A stretch of 64,000 nucleotides of DNA from Candidatus Latescibacterota bacterium (GTDB lineage: Bacteria > Latescibacterota > UBA2968). Numbering within the stretch: position 1 is the stretch's first letter; the number at the start of each line of letters is the position of its first letter. Below the pieces are notes generated by a model, which made no database searches, was not told the DNA's origin, and saw nothing but the letters and a program-made list of their open reading frames with translations. Positions 46,346-55,736 of this stretch are shown in pieces. A program made the translations under genes and the position numbers. The stretch lies in NCBI GenBank assembly GCA_965198115.1, contig OZ240241.1, positions 1 to 64,000 of the forward strand, written 5' to 3'.

Positions 46346-48727
46346 ATGATTAAAACATACTTTGCGCTGTGGATCCGAAACATTCGCAGGGACAGTCTGC
46401 AATCAGCAGTGAATATCTTCGGCTTATCGCTAGGAATGGCCTGCTGTATTCTGATTTTGTTGTACGTTCAGAGTGAGTCGAGCTACGATCAAAGTCACCA
46501 TAGTGGGGATAGGATTTTTCGTCTTGCGCAAGAGGTCGAGATTTCGGGAAGGACAAGATCTGTCGCTATTACGACCTATCCTATGGGCGAAGCATTAGTA
46601 GAAGAATACCCTGAGGTTTCAGAAATCGTCAGATTTAGAAAGGACGATGGAAGGACTCTTGTGGAGATCGGGAAAGACCGGTTCTTCGAGACAGGCGTAT
46701 TGTTTGTGGAGCCGAATGTCTTTAGAGTCTTCGACTTTCCTTTAGCAAGTGGGGATGCGCATGATGCGCTACGTAACCCGAGTTCCGTGGTCATTGCAGA
46801 ACACAGAGCTAAGAAGTACTTCGGGTCAACGAATGACGCATTGGGGCAGTCCCTAGTTATTGGCGGCGAATCCTACCAGATTTCAGGCGTAGCGGCGGAT
46901 ACGCCCGCGAAGAGCCACATCGAGTTTAATTTTCTGATTCCACTGTTGGAGGGTCGAGGGTGGTTGGATTTCAGGTACAAGTACTACACCTACATAGTCT
47001 TGGAGACGGAATCTTCGGATAAAGAGCTTAACGCAAAGCTGCCCGAATTCATCGAAAGACATCTTGGCGATCAACTACGAGCGGGGAGAATGGAACTTTC
47101 GCTCTTTCTGCAGAAGGTGACAGATATACATCTTCATTCGAACCTTGAGTACGAGATCAGCGGAAATGGTGACATACGTAGGCTTAGGATTTTTGCGGCT
47201 GTAGCAATCATGGTGCTTCTACTTGCTTGCTTCAACTATGTGAACCTATCAACTGCGCGCGCTGAGAGGCGTTTGAGAGAAATCGGGCTTCGAAAGACCG
47301 TAGGGGGAGGTCGTTCACAAATCTTTGGGCAGCTCCTTGGTGAGTCGTTCTTCCAGGCGTTGCTTGCTATGATGATCTCATTGCTATTGGTTGAGGGGGC
47401 AATTGGGGAATGGGGTGGTCTGCTTGATCTTAGGGTGACCTCTCCTTGGGGAGGGAGCTGGGCTGCGTGGCTAGTACCTCTTGGAGTTGGGCTGTTTTCG
47501 GGAATTCTCTCGGGAAGCTACCCAGCCGTTATCCTATCATCCGTTCGTCCCACCGAGGCTGTACTTGGATCATTTAAGACAAGATCAGCCTTACGCCGCA
47601 TTCTTGTTGTTTTTCAGTTTGTCATCTCTGGAGTCCTCATGATTTGCACTTGTGCGGTGTATAATCAGTGGGAATTCATGCGGACGAAATCTCCAGGATT
47701 TCAAAAGGAGAACATAGTTGTTATCCCTCTGGCAGGTAAAGATGACCGTGTAATTGATCAGTACAAGACAGCCATTCGAGCATACTCGCAGGTGATCAGC
47801 GCATCCGCATCCTCTATGGTTCCGGGTCGCGAGATTGCTAGTGGCCTTTTCCGGTCGTCCTCAGACAAGGAGAAGACCGAGCCACTCATGGTTAACTTGA
47901 TTAACGTCGTAGATCACGAGTTGGTCGATACATACCGCTTCAGCGTTTTAAAAGGGAGAACGATGCGCGACACCGACCAAGGAGTGGTCTTCTTGATCAA
48001 CGAATCTGCTCTGAGGATGTTTGGATGGAGTTCGATCGAAGGTCAGCAGCTGGAACAAGTCTATCCGGCGGGGGATGAGTTGAATGTCGAGGCTGTAGGG
48101 CCAGTGATAGGTGTTGTGGAGGATTTCCACTACCAATCCCTACATCATCTCGTCGAGCCCCTAGTTGTTGCGAATCTCCAGGAATGGGTCCAGTACCTCT
48201 CGATTCGAATTACAGGAGATGAGTTTGGGCGTACGCTGGTTTACCTTAGCGACCAGTGGCGCACCATCTCGCCTGAAACTCCATTTGAGTATTTTCTTCT
48301 TGATGCCGATCTGGAAAAACTATACCTCAAGGAGGAACGACAGAGCGCTATGCTCGGTGCATTCGCGGCAATTGCCATCATGTTGGCTGGCATGGGAATG
48401 TTCGGCCTAGTGTCGCAAACGACTCGACAGAGGATCAGGGAAATCGGAATGCGCAAGGTGCTTGGCGCGAAAAACTGGCAGTGCGCAACAGTCCTGCTTG
48501 GAAGACTCCTGCTGCTCTTGGGGATTTCGAACGTGATCGCATTGCCCATAGCATACATCGCATTCCGCCAATGGGTGCGTGATTTTCCATATCAGACGGA
48601 GATAGGTTCTCTCCCGTTCCTCATTGCGGCGGGTATGACTCTTCTAACCACGGTCGTCGCGATAGCCCACGAAATAAGCATTACCGCCCGAACAAGCCCG
48701 ATTGCAGTATTGCGGCGGGCCGATTGA
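46346..48727 (+). CDS. MacB/FtsX-like ABC transporter permease (duplicated architecture)
   Basis: NIFGLSLGMACCILI, DIHLHS, ACFNYVNLSTAR...REIGLRKTVG, LVVFQF, REIGMRKVLGA. Confidence 0.92.
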   Translation: MIKTYFALWIRNIRRDSLQSAVNIFGLSLGMACCILILLYVQSESSYDQSHHSGDRIFRLAQEVEISGRTRSVAITTYPMGEALVEEYPEVSEIVRFRKDDGRTLVEIGKDRFFETGVLFVEPNVFRVFDFPLASGDAHDALRNPSSVVIAEHRAKKYFGSTNDALGQSLVIGGESYQISGVAADTPAKSHIEFNFLIPLLEGRGWLDFRYKYYTYIVLETESSDKELNAKLPEFIERHLGDQLRAGRMELSLFLQKVTDIHLHSNLEYEISGNGDIRRLRIFAAVAIMVLLLACFNYVNLSTARAERRLREIGLRKTVGGGRSQIFGQLLGESFFQALLAMMISLLLVEGAIGEWGGLLDLRVTSPWGGSWAAWLVPLGVGLFSGILSGSYPAVILSSVRPTEAVLGSFKTRSALRRILVVFQFVISGVLMICTCAVYNQWEFMRTKSPGFQKENIVVIPLAGKDDRVIDQYKTAIRAYSQVISASASSMVPGREIASGLFRSSSDKEKTEPLMVNLINVVDHELVDTYRFSVLKGRTMRDTDQGVVFLINESALRMFGWSSIEGQQLEQVYPAGDELNVEAVGPVIGVVEDFHYQSLHHLVEPLVVANLQEWVQYLSIRITGDEFGRTLVYLSDQWRTISPETPFEYFLLDADLEKLYLKEERQSAMLGAFAAIAIMLAGMGMFGLVSQTTRQRIREIGMRKVLGAKNWQCATVLLGRLLLLLGISNVIALPIAYIAFRQWVRDFPYQTEIGSLPFLIAAGMTLLTTVVAIAHEISITARTSPIAVLRRAD

Positions 48728-48799
48728 GGGCGACGCTGTTCCTCCCAAGCGCATCCAGGACCCGGTGAGCAGAGACTGATTGAGAGTTGCAAGCCTATA

Positions 48800-50193
48800 G
48801 GTCAAGTCCCATAGTCAGTTGAAACTCATCGGGCCCCGTAGTTTGGTCAGGCTCTCTGCCGAGCATTCTGTTCGTTGTCGAGATTCAGATCTTTGTTCAG
48901 TGCTTGCCTGAGTAGGGGAAGATGTTTGTATCCGCTCACGCGTCGCAGGCGAGGTTCGATGTCGAGGAGTGCGGCAGCCACCCATCTGTGTCTCTGGGGA
49001 GAGTTGTGTTCCAGCGTCTGACCTTCCGAGTGAGCTCGCCGGTCATGCTGTTGAGGGCTTCGATGCAGTAGTTGGTGGTTCGGAAGCTTCGTTTCAGGAA
49101 TGGGAGCATCCCCAGCCGGTGGAGGGTCAGGGTTTCCTCCTGGCCTTCCTCGAGGCTCGTTACGGCAGACTGATTCATCAGCCTCAGTTCGGGTTTAAGT
49201 GATTCGAGTGCGGCCTTTGCCTCCTCGTAGGTGTCGCAGTCATAGGCTTTCTGGAGCTTCCGTCGGATTCGCGGACGTTCTGGCCTCCGGGAGGTAGCTG
49301 ACGACATTCTCGCGCTTGTGCCACTGACAGCGATGCACGCGCACATATCCTTTGAGGGCTTTGGTGACGGCACTGCGGAGTCCCTTTGAGCCGTCAAGCA
49401 CAACGAGGAGGCCTTGATCGTAGCACAGGCCTCTCCGGATGAGGTCCTGGATCAGCTGGCGGCAGATCCGTTCGTTCTCCGTCGCCGATTCGACGAAGCC
49501 CAGGGGGATCTTCTGGCCGTCCATCGTGACCCCCAGAGCGATCACGATCTCTTCGTCGGCAAAGCTCTTTCCGTCAATGAACAGGGTCACGAAGCCGTAG
49601 TCGTCGAGGGGACGCTCCTGGAACTGCTTCAGCTTCTTCGCGGTGGCTTTGATGAACCGCCGCGAGACGGAGGACGCTGAGATACCAAACGCTTCTGGAA
49701 CCGATTCGGCACAGGCCTTGTAGTTGCGGCACGAGATCCCCTTTGAGAACACGAAGCAACAGCCCCTCGTCCGTCTTCTTGGGCGTCTGTAGAGCCCGGT
49801 GTGCAGCCAGGGAAACCTCTGCGTCGGCCTCGACGTCGCGCACCCGGGGAACGTCTAACGGGAGCTTCTGGTCCATCAGATACACGGATCCCTTATGGCT
49901 TCCCCACCGACGATGCGCCTGCTCCGAACCTTTGCGCGCATACCGAACGCCTGCGAGCTGCTCGACCTCCTGCTGGAGGAGGTCTGCCACTGCCTCCAGA
50001 CCCAACGGGATCAACGCCTGGATCACCGACAAACGCGTCTCCAAATCGATGACATCGCCCTCAACCTTGACTTCACCATCGCCTACAAATAGCTTCTCCA
50101 TCTGGGCTCCTTTCTTACGGGTATACGCTCCTACACGTCTACCCAACGTAAGTTTGGAGCCCTCTAAGTTTCAACTACGATAGGCACAACACC
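48800..50193 (-). mobile_element. IS256 type A, several frameshifts
   Basis: Both ends present; imperfect TSD agcctata / agccctata. Confidence 0.9.
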
Positions 50194-50266
50194 AGCCCTA
50201 TAAAGAAGTTTGCAAAGTGACAGGCGCACCTTAGATTATAGCTGCATTTGCAATATGAAAATATAT

Positions 50267-51686
50267 GGCTATATTCGGATCTCTCAACTAGATGAAGTGG
50301 GTGAAGGTGCCGTGGTTCCTGGCATGGGGGCGCGGTTAGAGTGTGCGGAACCTCTTCGGAATCTGCTCAGGGATGTTTATGTCTCCGACGGTAAGGAAGA
50401 TCATATCGTTGAATGCGTCGAGTGTGCGGAATCCGCTGGCTCGGTTCTTGACGATTTGGACGATTCGGTTGAGGCCTTCGGCGATGGCGTTGGTAAGACG
50501 CGTGTTCACGAATGCGAGGACGCCGAAGAAGTGCTGTCGCAGGGTCCTGACGAACTTTCGCAGGGGTTCAAGTCGACTTCTGAGTGCGGACGTCGTCCAG
50601 CATTTCAGGAAGCGTTCGGCAGCCCAGGGCGCTTTGTATTCCCAGAACTGCTCGAACTCGTCCTTGAGTCTCCAGGCTCTATAGATTCGGTAGTTCGCCT
50701 TCTCCAGTGCTTCGAGTGTCCGAGTATCCCCTCTGGAGCGTGTCGCTGAGTGCCGGTAGAGGAGCCATCGGAGGCCCTTCATGGCTTTGCGCTCATCCGG
50801 GGCAGCTTTACGCCACTGGTCCTTACGGACCTCGTCAACGGCGGCATTGAGAGCCTTGACGATGTGAAAGCGATCGAGGACCAGCTTGGCATTCGGACAG
50901 TGTTCCTGGATGGCTCCGATGTAAGCTTCGCTCATGTCGCAGCAGGCCCACTCGATCTTGGATCTCCGGTAGGGACTGAGAGCCTCTGTGAAGAACCGAT
51001 CGATCGTTTTACGCGCCCTGCCGCGGCCAACCCACACCACGCAGGAGCGGTCCAGATCGTAAACGAGCGTGGCGTACCTGTGACGCTTGGCGTAGGAGAT
51101 CTCGTCGATCCCGATGGTTTTGAGCCCTCGGATACGATGACCTTCACGAAGCCGTGTGATGGATCGGTGAAGGAGATCCGACAGCGTCGAGGCAGAGATG
51201 CGCAGTAACTCGGACGCCGCCTTCTGCGTCATGGTCTGGCAGTAGCGCAGCATGGCATACTCGAAGCGATACGTCACCCGAGAGAACCGCTCCGCCCACG
51301 GAATCTCCTCGACCACACGACCGTGGGTAGGACACCGAATCTCCCGAGGATGGTAGAGAAGCCAGACCCTCCACCCGCACACCGGAATGTCACGCCACCG
51401 ACGCGGATGGGGCATTGTGCGGACGATTTTACCTCGACGGCCGCACTCCGGACAACAACAACCATTCTTATGTGGCTTTACGGCGATGACGAAACAGCTT
51501 CTCCCCTCAAACCACCAGCTGACAACACGGAACCCCTTGAATCTCAGCAGTTTCGATAGTAATCTGCTCCCGGTCATAGGTCGCACCCCCTTCGCTTTGA
51601 TTGTCCTACACACACAACCAAGCGTAGGGAACGATCTATGACCTTGTCATTCTATAGTTTCACCGTTGAGAAACCCGGATAGAGCC
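50267..51686 (-). mobile_element. ISL3 copy, intact transposase
   Basis: TSD aaatatat. Confidence 0.95.
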
Positions 51687-51801
51687 AAATATATGTACCC
51701 TCCTTGTATCATTCGGTTGAAGGAGTAGATAGCAGAGCCGTACTTCCGTCCTGATCGAGCGGGGAGCTGTTTCACTCATTTCGTATCAAGGAGAGACCGG
51801 T

Positions 51802-51945
51802 ATGAAAGTGCTCAAGAAGCCAGTAGTGGCGCCCAGTGAGCAGGAGCTGCTCTACGAGGCGCTGGATTGCACCGAGGAGTGCTGTAGAGGCGGATGTCGG
51901 GTCAGAATCTTCGACACCGATGATACAGACGACATCCTCTTCTAA
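51802..51945 (+). CDS. Putative RiPP precursor peptide, 47 aa: MKVLKKPVVAPSEQELLYEALDCTEECCRGGCRVRIFDTDDTDDILF
   Basis: Hand-translated; below the ORF-track cut-off. RBS aaggag at 51788-51793. Leader-like N-terminus, Cys cluster, and position directly upstream of the rSAM/SPASM gene. Confidence 0.85.
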   Translation: MKVLKKPVVAPSEQELLYEALDCTEECCRGGCRVRIFDTDDTDDILF

Positions 51946-52103
51946 AGAACGGCAGTCAAGTTAGGAGTGCCTGAAGTTAGGAGACTCGTAAGCTCTAAAG
52001 TTGTAGGCCACAAAGCGGATCTCCTGATTAGGACAGAATCACCAAGATCTCCAGTATGGGATCAACTGTAGTGAATTAGCTGTTCTCGTCTCATGGGCAG
52101 AAT

Positions 52104-52124
52104 GCGACCTAAGCATGAGGTCGC
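52104..52124 (+). terminator. Hairpin between precursor and maturase (possible attenuator or mRNA stabiliser)
   Basis: gcgacct-aagcatg-aggtcgc; the U-tract is weak. Confidence 0.3.
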
Positions 52125-52240
52125 TTCGTGTGAGGGTCATCCGTGCGGCGTAAGAACTCAGACGAATCTCCACTCTTGAAATGAGAGTAGTTCCCCGTTC
52201 GATCAGGACAATCAAATCAGTCGTGTAGGAGGACTCTACG

Positions 52241-53743
52241 ATGAAATGCAGTGTGTACAACCTCATTATAGACCTTGGAGAAGACGATCGATACTTGCTC
52301 TTTAATACGCTTTCGGGAGCGCTGATTGAAGCAGAAGCCGATGTAGCACATATGCTAAAGAGACATATTGAGCCGACCCCAACTCCGAGATTGCAGCAGA
52401 CCTTTTCAGAAAACAAACCAATTCCTGAAAATGCTATCGCAGGCATTGACGAAGAACGTAGAGGGGTTTTGTCAGACTGTGGATTCTTGGTAGAAGACCA
52501 GAAGGATGAAGTCGCTGAAGTGAGGGAACTGGATGTCACCCGATTTGCGGCTAATCGAGATGCTGATCGGGGAACACTCTCGCTCACGATCCTGCCCAGT
52601 ATTCGATGTAATTTCGAGTGCTTCTATTGCTTTGAACCGTTGTCCCTAAGGCAGCAAGATAGTTCGATGACTGAGGAGGTTCAGGACAAGCTATGTACAT
52701 ACGTTGCGGAGAAGCTTCCGCTGCCAGAAATCAGAAAACTTAGCACAACGTGGTACGGTGGAGAACCTCTTCTCTACCCTCAGATCGTCGATTCTCTGCA
52801 GCGACGGATGAACGCGATTGCGGATGCGGAAGGCGTAAATGTGAAGAGCTCCATCGTCACGAACGGGTTTCTCTTGAGCCGAGATAACAGCGATATGCTT
52901 GTGGAGAACGGCATCACGACCGCCCAGGTAACACTCGACGGCCCTGCCAAAATTCACAATAAGAGGCGGCTGTACACACCAGATAGAAACGCGAACTACG
53001 ACACAATCCTTACCAATCTCGCTAATGCAAACCCCGAGATGGATGTCATCATCCGCGTCAATGTCGGATCACACAATTCTGAGACAATAGAAGAATTGGT
53101 AAACGATCTCACCGAAGCTCGAATCTGGCCTTACCGACGGGGAATCGGTGTCTACTTGGCTCCCGTAACTGGAGGTAAAGACTCACTACCTCGAGGGGAA
53201 TATCTATCCCTTGAAGATGATTTCCGACTGGATATGGTCCGCAAATTCAACGAGTTGACCGATGGACCTAGAGCGAAGCTCGAGTTCAAACTTCCTTCGC
53301 TCACTAACATTTCTCAATGCGGTCACATAGTGGACGAAAAACACATCTGGGTGGTTGATCGTGTGGGGGATGTTTTCCGGTGCTGGGATGTTCCTGGCCA
53401 GGAGAGTCATTGTGTTGGCACGTTGGATGACCTGATTCACGATAGGATCAACGGGCTCAATCGTTGGGTCATGAATCCAGAAATACGTGAGGAGACGGGA
53501 TGCTATAAGTGCAAGATGGCCCCAGTATGTACTGTCCCCTGTCCCTCGCATTACTTCTCTGAATGGAAATCTGGCGAGTATCTCGGAAAATACGACGACG
53601 GAAATCCTTTTTGCTGCGATTGGAAATTCGGGATCGAGAACAGGCTAGCTTCCGAGTACAAGTTCTACTCTGAGTCTCCTGAGTTGGTCTATGGGTTTCC
53701 AGGTGAAGGTAGCACGGAGAACTTACTCCAGATTGCTGACTAA
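52241..53743 (+). CDS. Radical SAM/SPASM domain peptide maturase
   Basis: CNFECFYC, WYGGEPLL, VTNG, QVTLDG; SPASM C...GDVFRC...CYKCKMAPVCTVPCP...C. N-terminal extension resembles an RRE. RBS aggagg. Confidence 0.93.
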   Translation: MKCSVYNLIIDLGEDDRYLLFNTLSGALIEAEADVAHMLKRHIEPTPTPRLQQTFSENKPIPENAIAGIDEERRGVLSDCGFLVEDQKDEVAEVRELDVTRFAANRDADRGTLSLTILPSIRCNFECFYCFEPLSLRQQDSSMTEEVQDKLCTYVAEKLPLPEIRKLSTTWYGGEPLLYPQIVDSLQRRMNAIADAEGVNVKSSIVTNGFLLSRDNSDMLVENGITTAQVTLDGPAKIHNKRRLYTPDRNANYDTILTNLANANPEMDVIIRVNVGSHNSETIEELVNDLTEARIWPYRRGIGVYLAPVTGGKDSLPRGEYLSLEDDFRLDMVRKFNELTDGPRAKLEFKLPSLTNISQCGHIVDEKHIWVVDRVGDVFRCWDVPGQESHCVGTLDDLIHDRINGLNRWVMNPEIREETGCYKCKMAPVCTVPCPSHYFSEWKSGEYLGKYDDGNPFCCDWKFGIENRLASEYKFYSESPELVYGFPGEGSTENLLQIAD

Positions 53744-53807
53744 GGCTGAACTGATTTCGGACTTTATGAAGCTTCTGACGCCGATCTCTTTTCTGGGAAG
53801 CTGCGAA

Positions 53808-55679
53808 ATGAAATTGCTGGGTCTGAGGTTTGTGCTTGTAGTATGGATCACTACTGCTTGCACATACGACGTTACCGCAGCAGAACCGTACGACCTAAGC
53901 TACAGCGTATTCGCCCAGGACTCCGTGCTGTACAGATGGAACACGTCGGAAGGAGTGGTAGATGGTATGCTGGTCCGCCACAGATTCCCTCCCTTGGAAC
54001 TCTGGGAGACATACCTATCGGAGGGGCTAGAAGCTCAGGAATACACGGAGAACGTGGTCTTCGCCTCGCGGGATTCCTCTGTTTATGGATGTGGCTTTGG
54101 AATAGACTATCCAGTCCTCATACCCCGGAACGTACATCCGTACCTGACGGCACGCATATACGCTGATGGGCTTGGGCCCATTAAAGTCTGGATCCAGCTC
54201 CAGAACGATTGGATTTCCGTTCCCAAGGTAATCTCCGCCAAGGGCTACGACAAGATTGAGATAGGCCTAGGTAAACTGATAGGTTCTAGTAGGAAAATTT
54301 CCGGCGTGAAGATGATCGCTGAACGAAGGAGCTTGAATGGCAGACTCATCGTTGGGGCTGTTCAGGTGACGACGAGGAGATTCCTAAAATGGCGATTTGG
54401 GGATAGGAGACCCGTTCCTATCAGGGCCCCATTGGGTGGCAGAGGCCCATTCGAAAGCTGGCCTCAGTGGGTGGGGTCTTTCGGTGATGGACCGGCGTTG
54501 AGATTTGGTGGTGGAACTGTCCCGGCGATGGCCAACCTGATGTCTGATCTGTTAAGAAAGTATTCTCGATACAGCATGAAGGACGTTAGTGTGAGCCAGG
54601 TGCTACGCCAACACGAGCAGCTTCTGCGTCCAGATATTGGGATCATAGAGTATTTAGATGGGCTGGAAGAGATCCTCGTACCACTCGGTGATACTCATTT
54701 TCGAGTTAATAGACCGACCTACAGACACAGTACAACTCAACTCAATGATGTTGTGAAGTTCTATAGAATTGACGGACGTGTTATCGTTTCCGCTGTCTTC
54801 AGTCCTCGTCTTCAAAAGGTGATCTCGGAAGGCGACGAAGTCACTGCCGTTGACGAAATGCCCATTGAGGATCACATAACGACAAGAACTATGTCCCTGG
54901 CAGGATCTACGGATTGGATCCGGGACCGGATCGTGATCGAGCGGCTGCTGACCAAGGAGGACTCTGTCGCAACTACAAGGGTCACCTTTCGGCGACCAGA
55001 TGGACAAGAGTATTCGATTGAACACCATACGAGCGATAGTCTGATGAGAGTCATCCCAAAGAATTTTCTAAAGGGAAGGTTCCACTACAAAGAGTTGGGA
55101 GAGTTCGCATACATACGTATAGGCACCTGGAGCGAAAAGACCTGGCCGTTCTTCTACTCCTACATTGACCGACTGAAAGAGAGCAAGGGGCTAATTCTTG
55201 ATCTGCGGAGTAATGGTGGAGGAGACCTTTCCTTCTGTAGAATCGCTTCGTGCTTTGTAGACAAGCCATCAGTGATTTTCTCCGTTTGCAACATCGAAGG
55301 TGAGGGGGTCGAATCCATTCTTTTAAGACCAGATCCCTTCTTCTTCTATCGTGGCCCGGTTGCTGTCCTAGTGGATACAAGAACCGGCTGTGCTTCAGAG
55401 TTATTCGTGAGTGCGATCAAAAGGTATCACAAGGACACCATAGTAGTCGGTCAGAGCCCGACAAGTGGCGCAGTCGGTTTCATCAGAACGATATCGCTTC
55501 CGGGAGGGAACGAGATCACCTTTCCTGAACCCGTTTTGGACGCCTACAGTCGTGATCTCGAAGGAGTTGGTGTACAACCAGATATGAAAGCCAGCTTCGA
55601 ATCATACCGGGACCTTGCACCTTATGACGATTCGCTTCTCGATCTTGCTATAGAGGCTCTTGCTCATCGTGCTATGTGA
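53808..55679 (+). CDS. S41-family peptidase-like secreted protein with a PDZ-like domain
   Basis: Signal-like N-terminus, GDTH, GDEVTAVD, YIRI, LILDLRSNGGG, TGCASE, EGVGVQPD. Start at 53808 or 53766. Confidence 0.85.
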   Translation: MKLLGLRFVLVVWITTACTYDVTAAEPYDLSYSVFAQDSVLYRWNTSEGVVDGMLVRHRFPPLELWETYLSEGLEAQEYTENVVFASRDSSVYGCGFGIDYPVLIPRNVHPYLTARIYADGLGPIKVWIQLQNDWISVPKVISAKGYDKIEIGLGKLIGSSRKISGVKMIAERRSLNGRLIVGAVQVTTRRFLKWRFGDRRPVPIRAPLGGRGPFESWPQWVGSFGDGPALRFGGGTVPAMANLMSDLLRKYSRYSMKDVSVSQVLRQHEQLLRPDIGIIEYLDGLEEILVPLGDTHFRVNRPTYRHSTTQLNDVVKFYRIDGRVIVSAVFSPRLQKVISEGDEVTAVDEMPIEDHITTRTMSLAGSTDWIRDRIVIERLLTKEDSVATTRVTFRRPDGQEYSIEHHTSDSLMRVIPKNFLKGRFHYKELGEFAYIRIGTWSEKTWPFFYSYIDRLKESKGLILDLRSNGGGDLSFCRIASCFVDKPSVIFSVCNIEGEGVESILLRPDPFFFYRGPVAVLVDTRTGCASELFVSAIKRYHKDTIVVGQSPTSGAVGFIRTISLPGGNEITFPEPVLDAYSRDLEGVGVQPDMKASFESYRDLAPYDDSLLDLAIEALAHRAM

Positions 55680-55736
55680 CATCGGGAAGTTAAGGGTTAC
55701 ACATAGTGAAAATCTCGGAGTCGAAGGGACCGGCAC

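Noticed and set aside
51802-51945. Lanthipeptide or double-glycine bacteriocin precursor
   Set aside because: No LanB/C/M gene is in the window, the only GG lies inside the Cys cluster, and the exporter lacks a C39 domain.
52093-52179. Second small precursor ORF (MGRMRPKHEVASCEGHPCG...)
   Set aside because: No RBS, no similarity to the main precursor, and it overlaps a hairpin.
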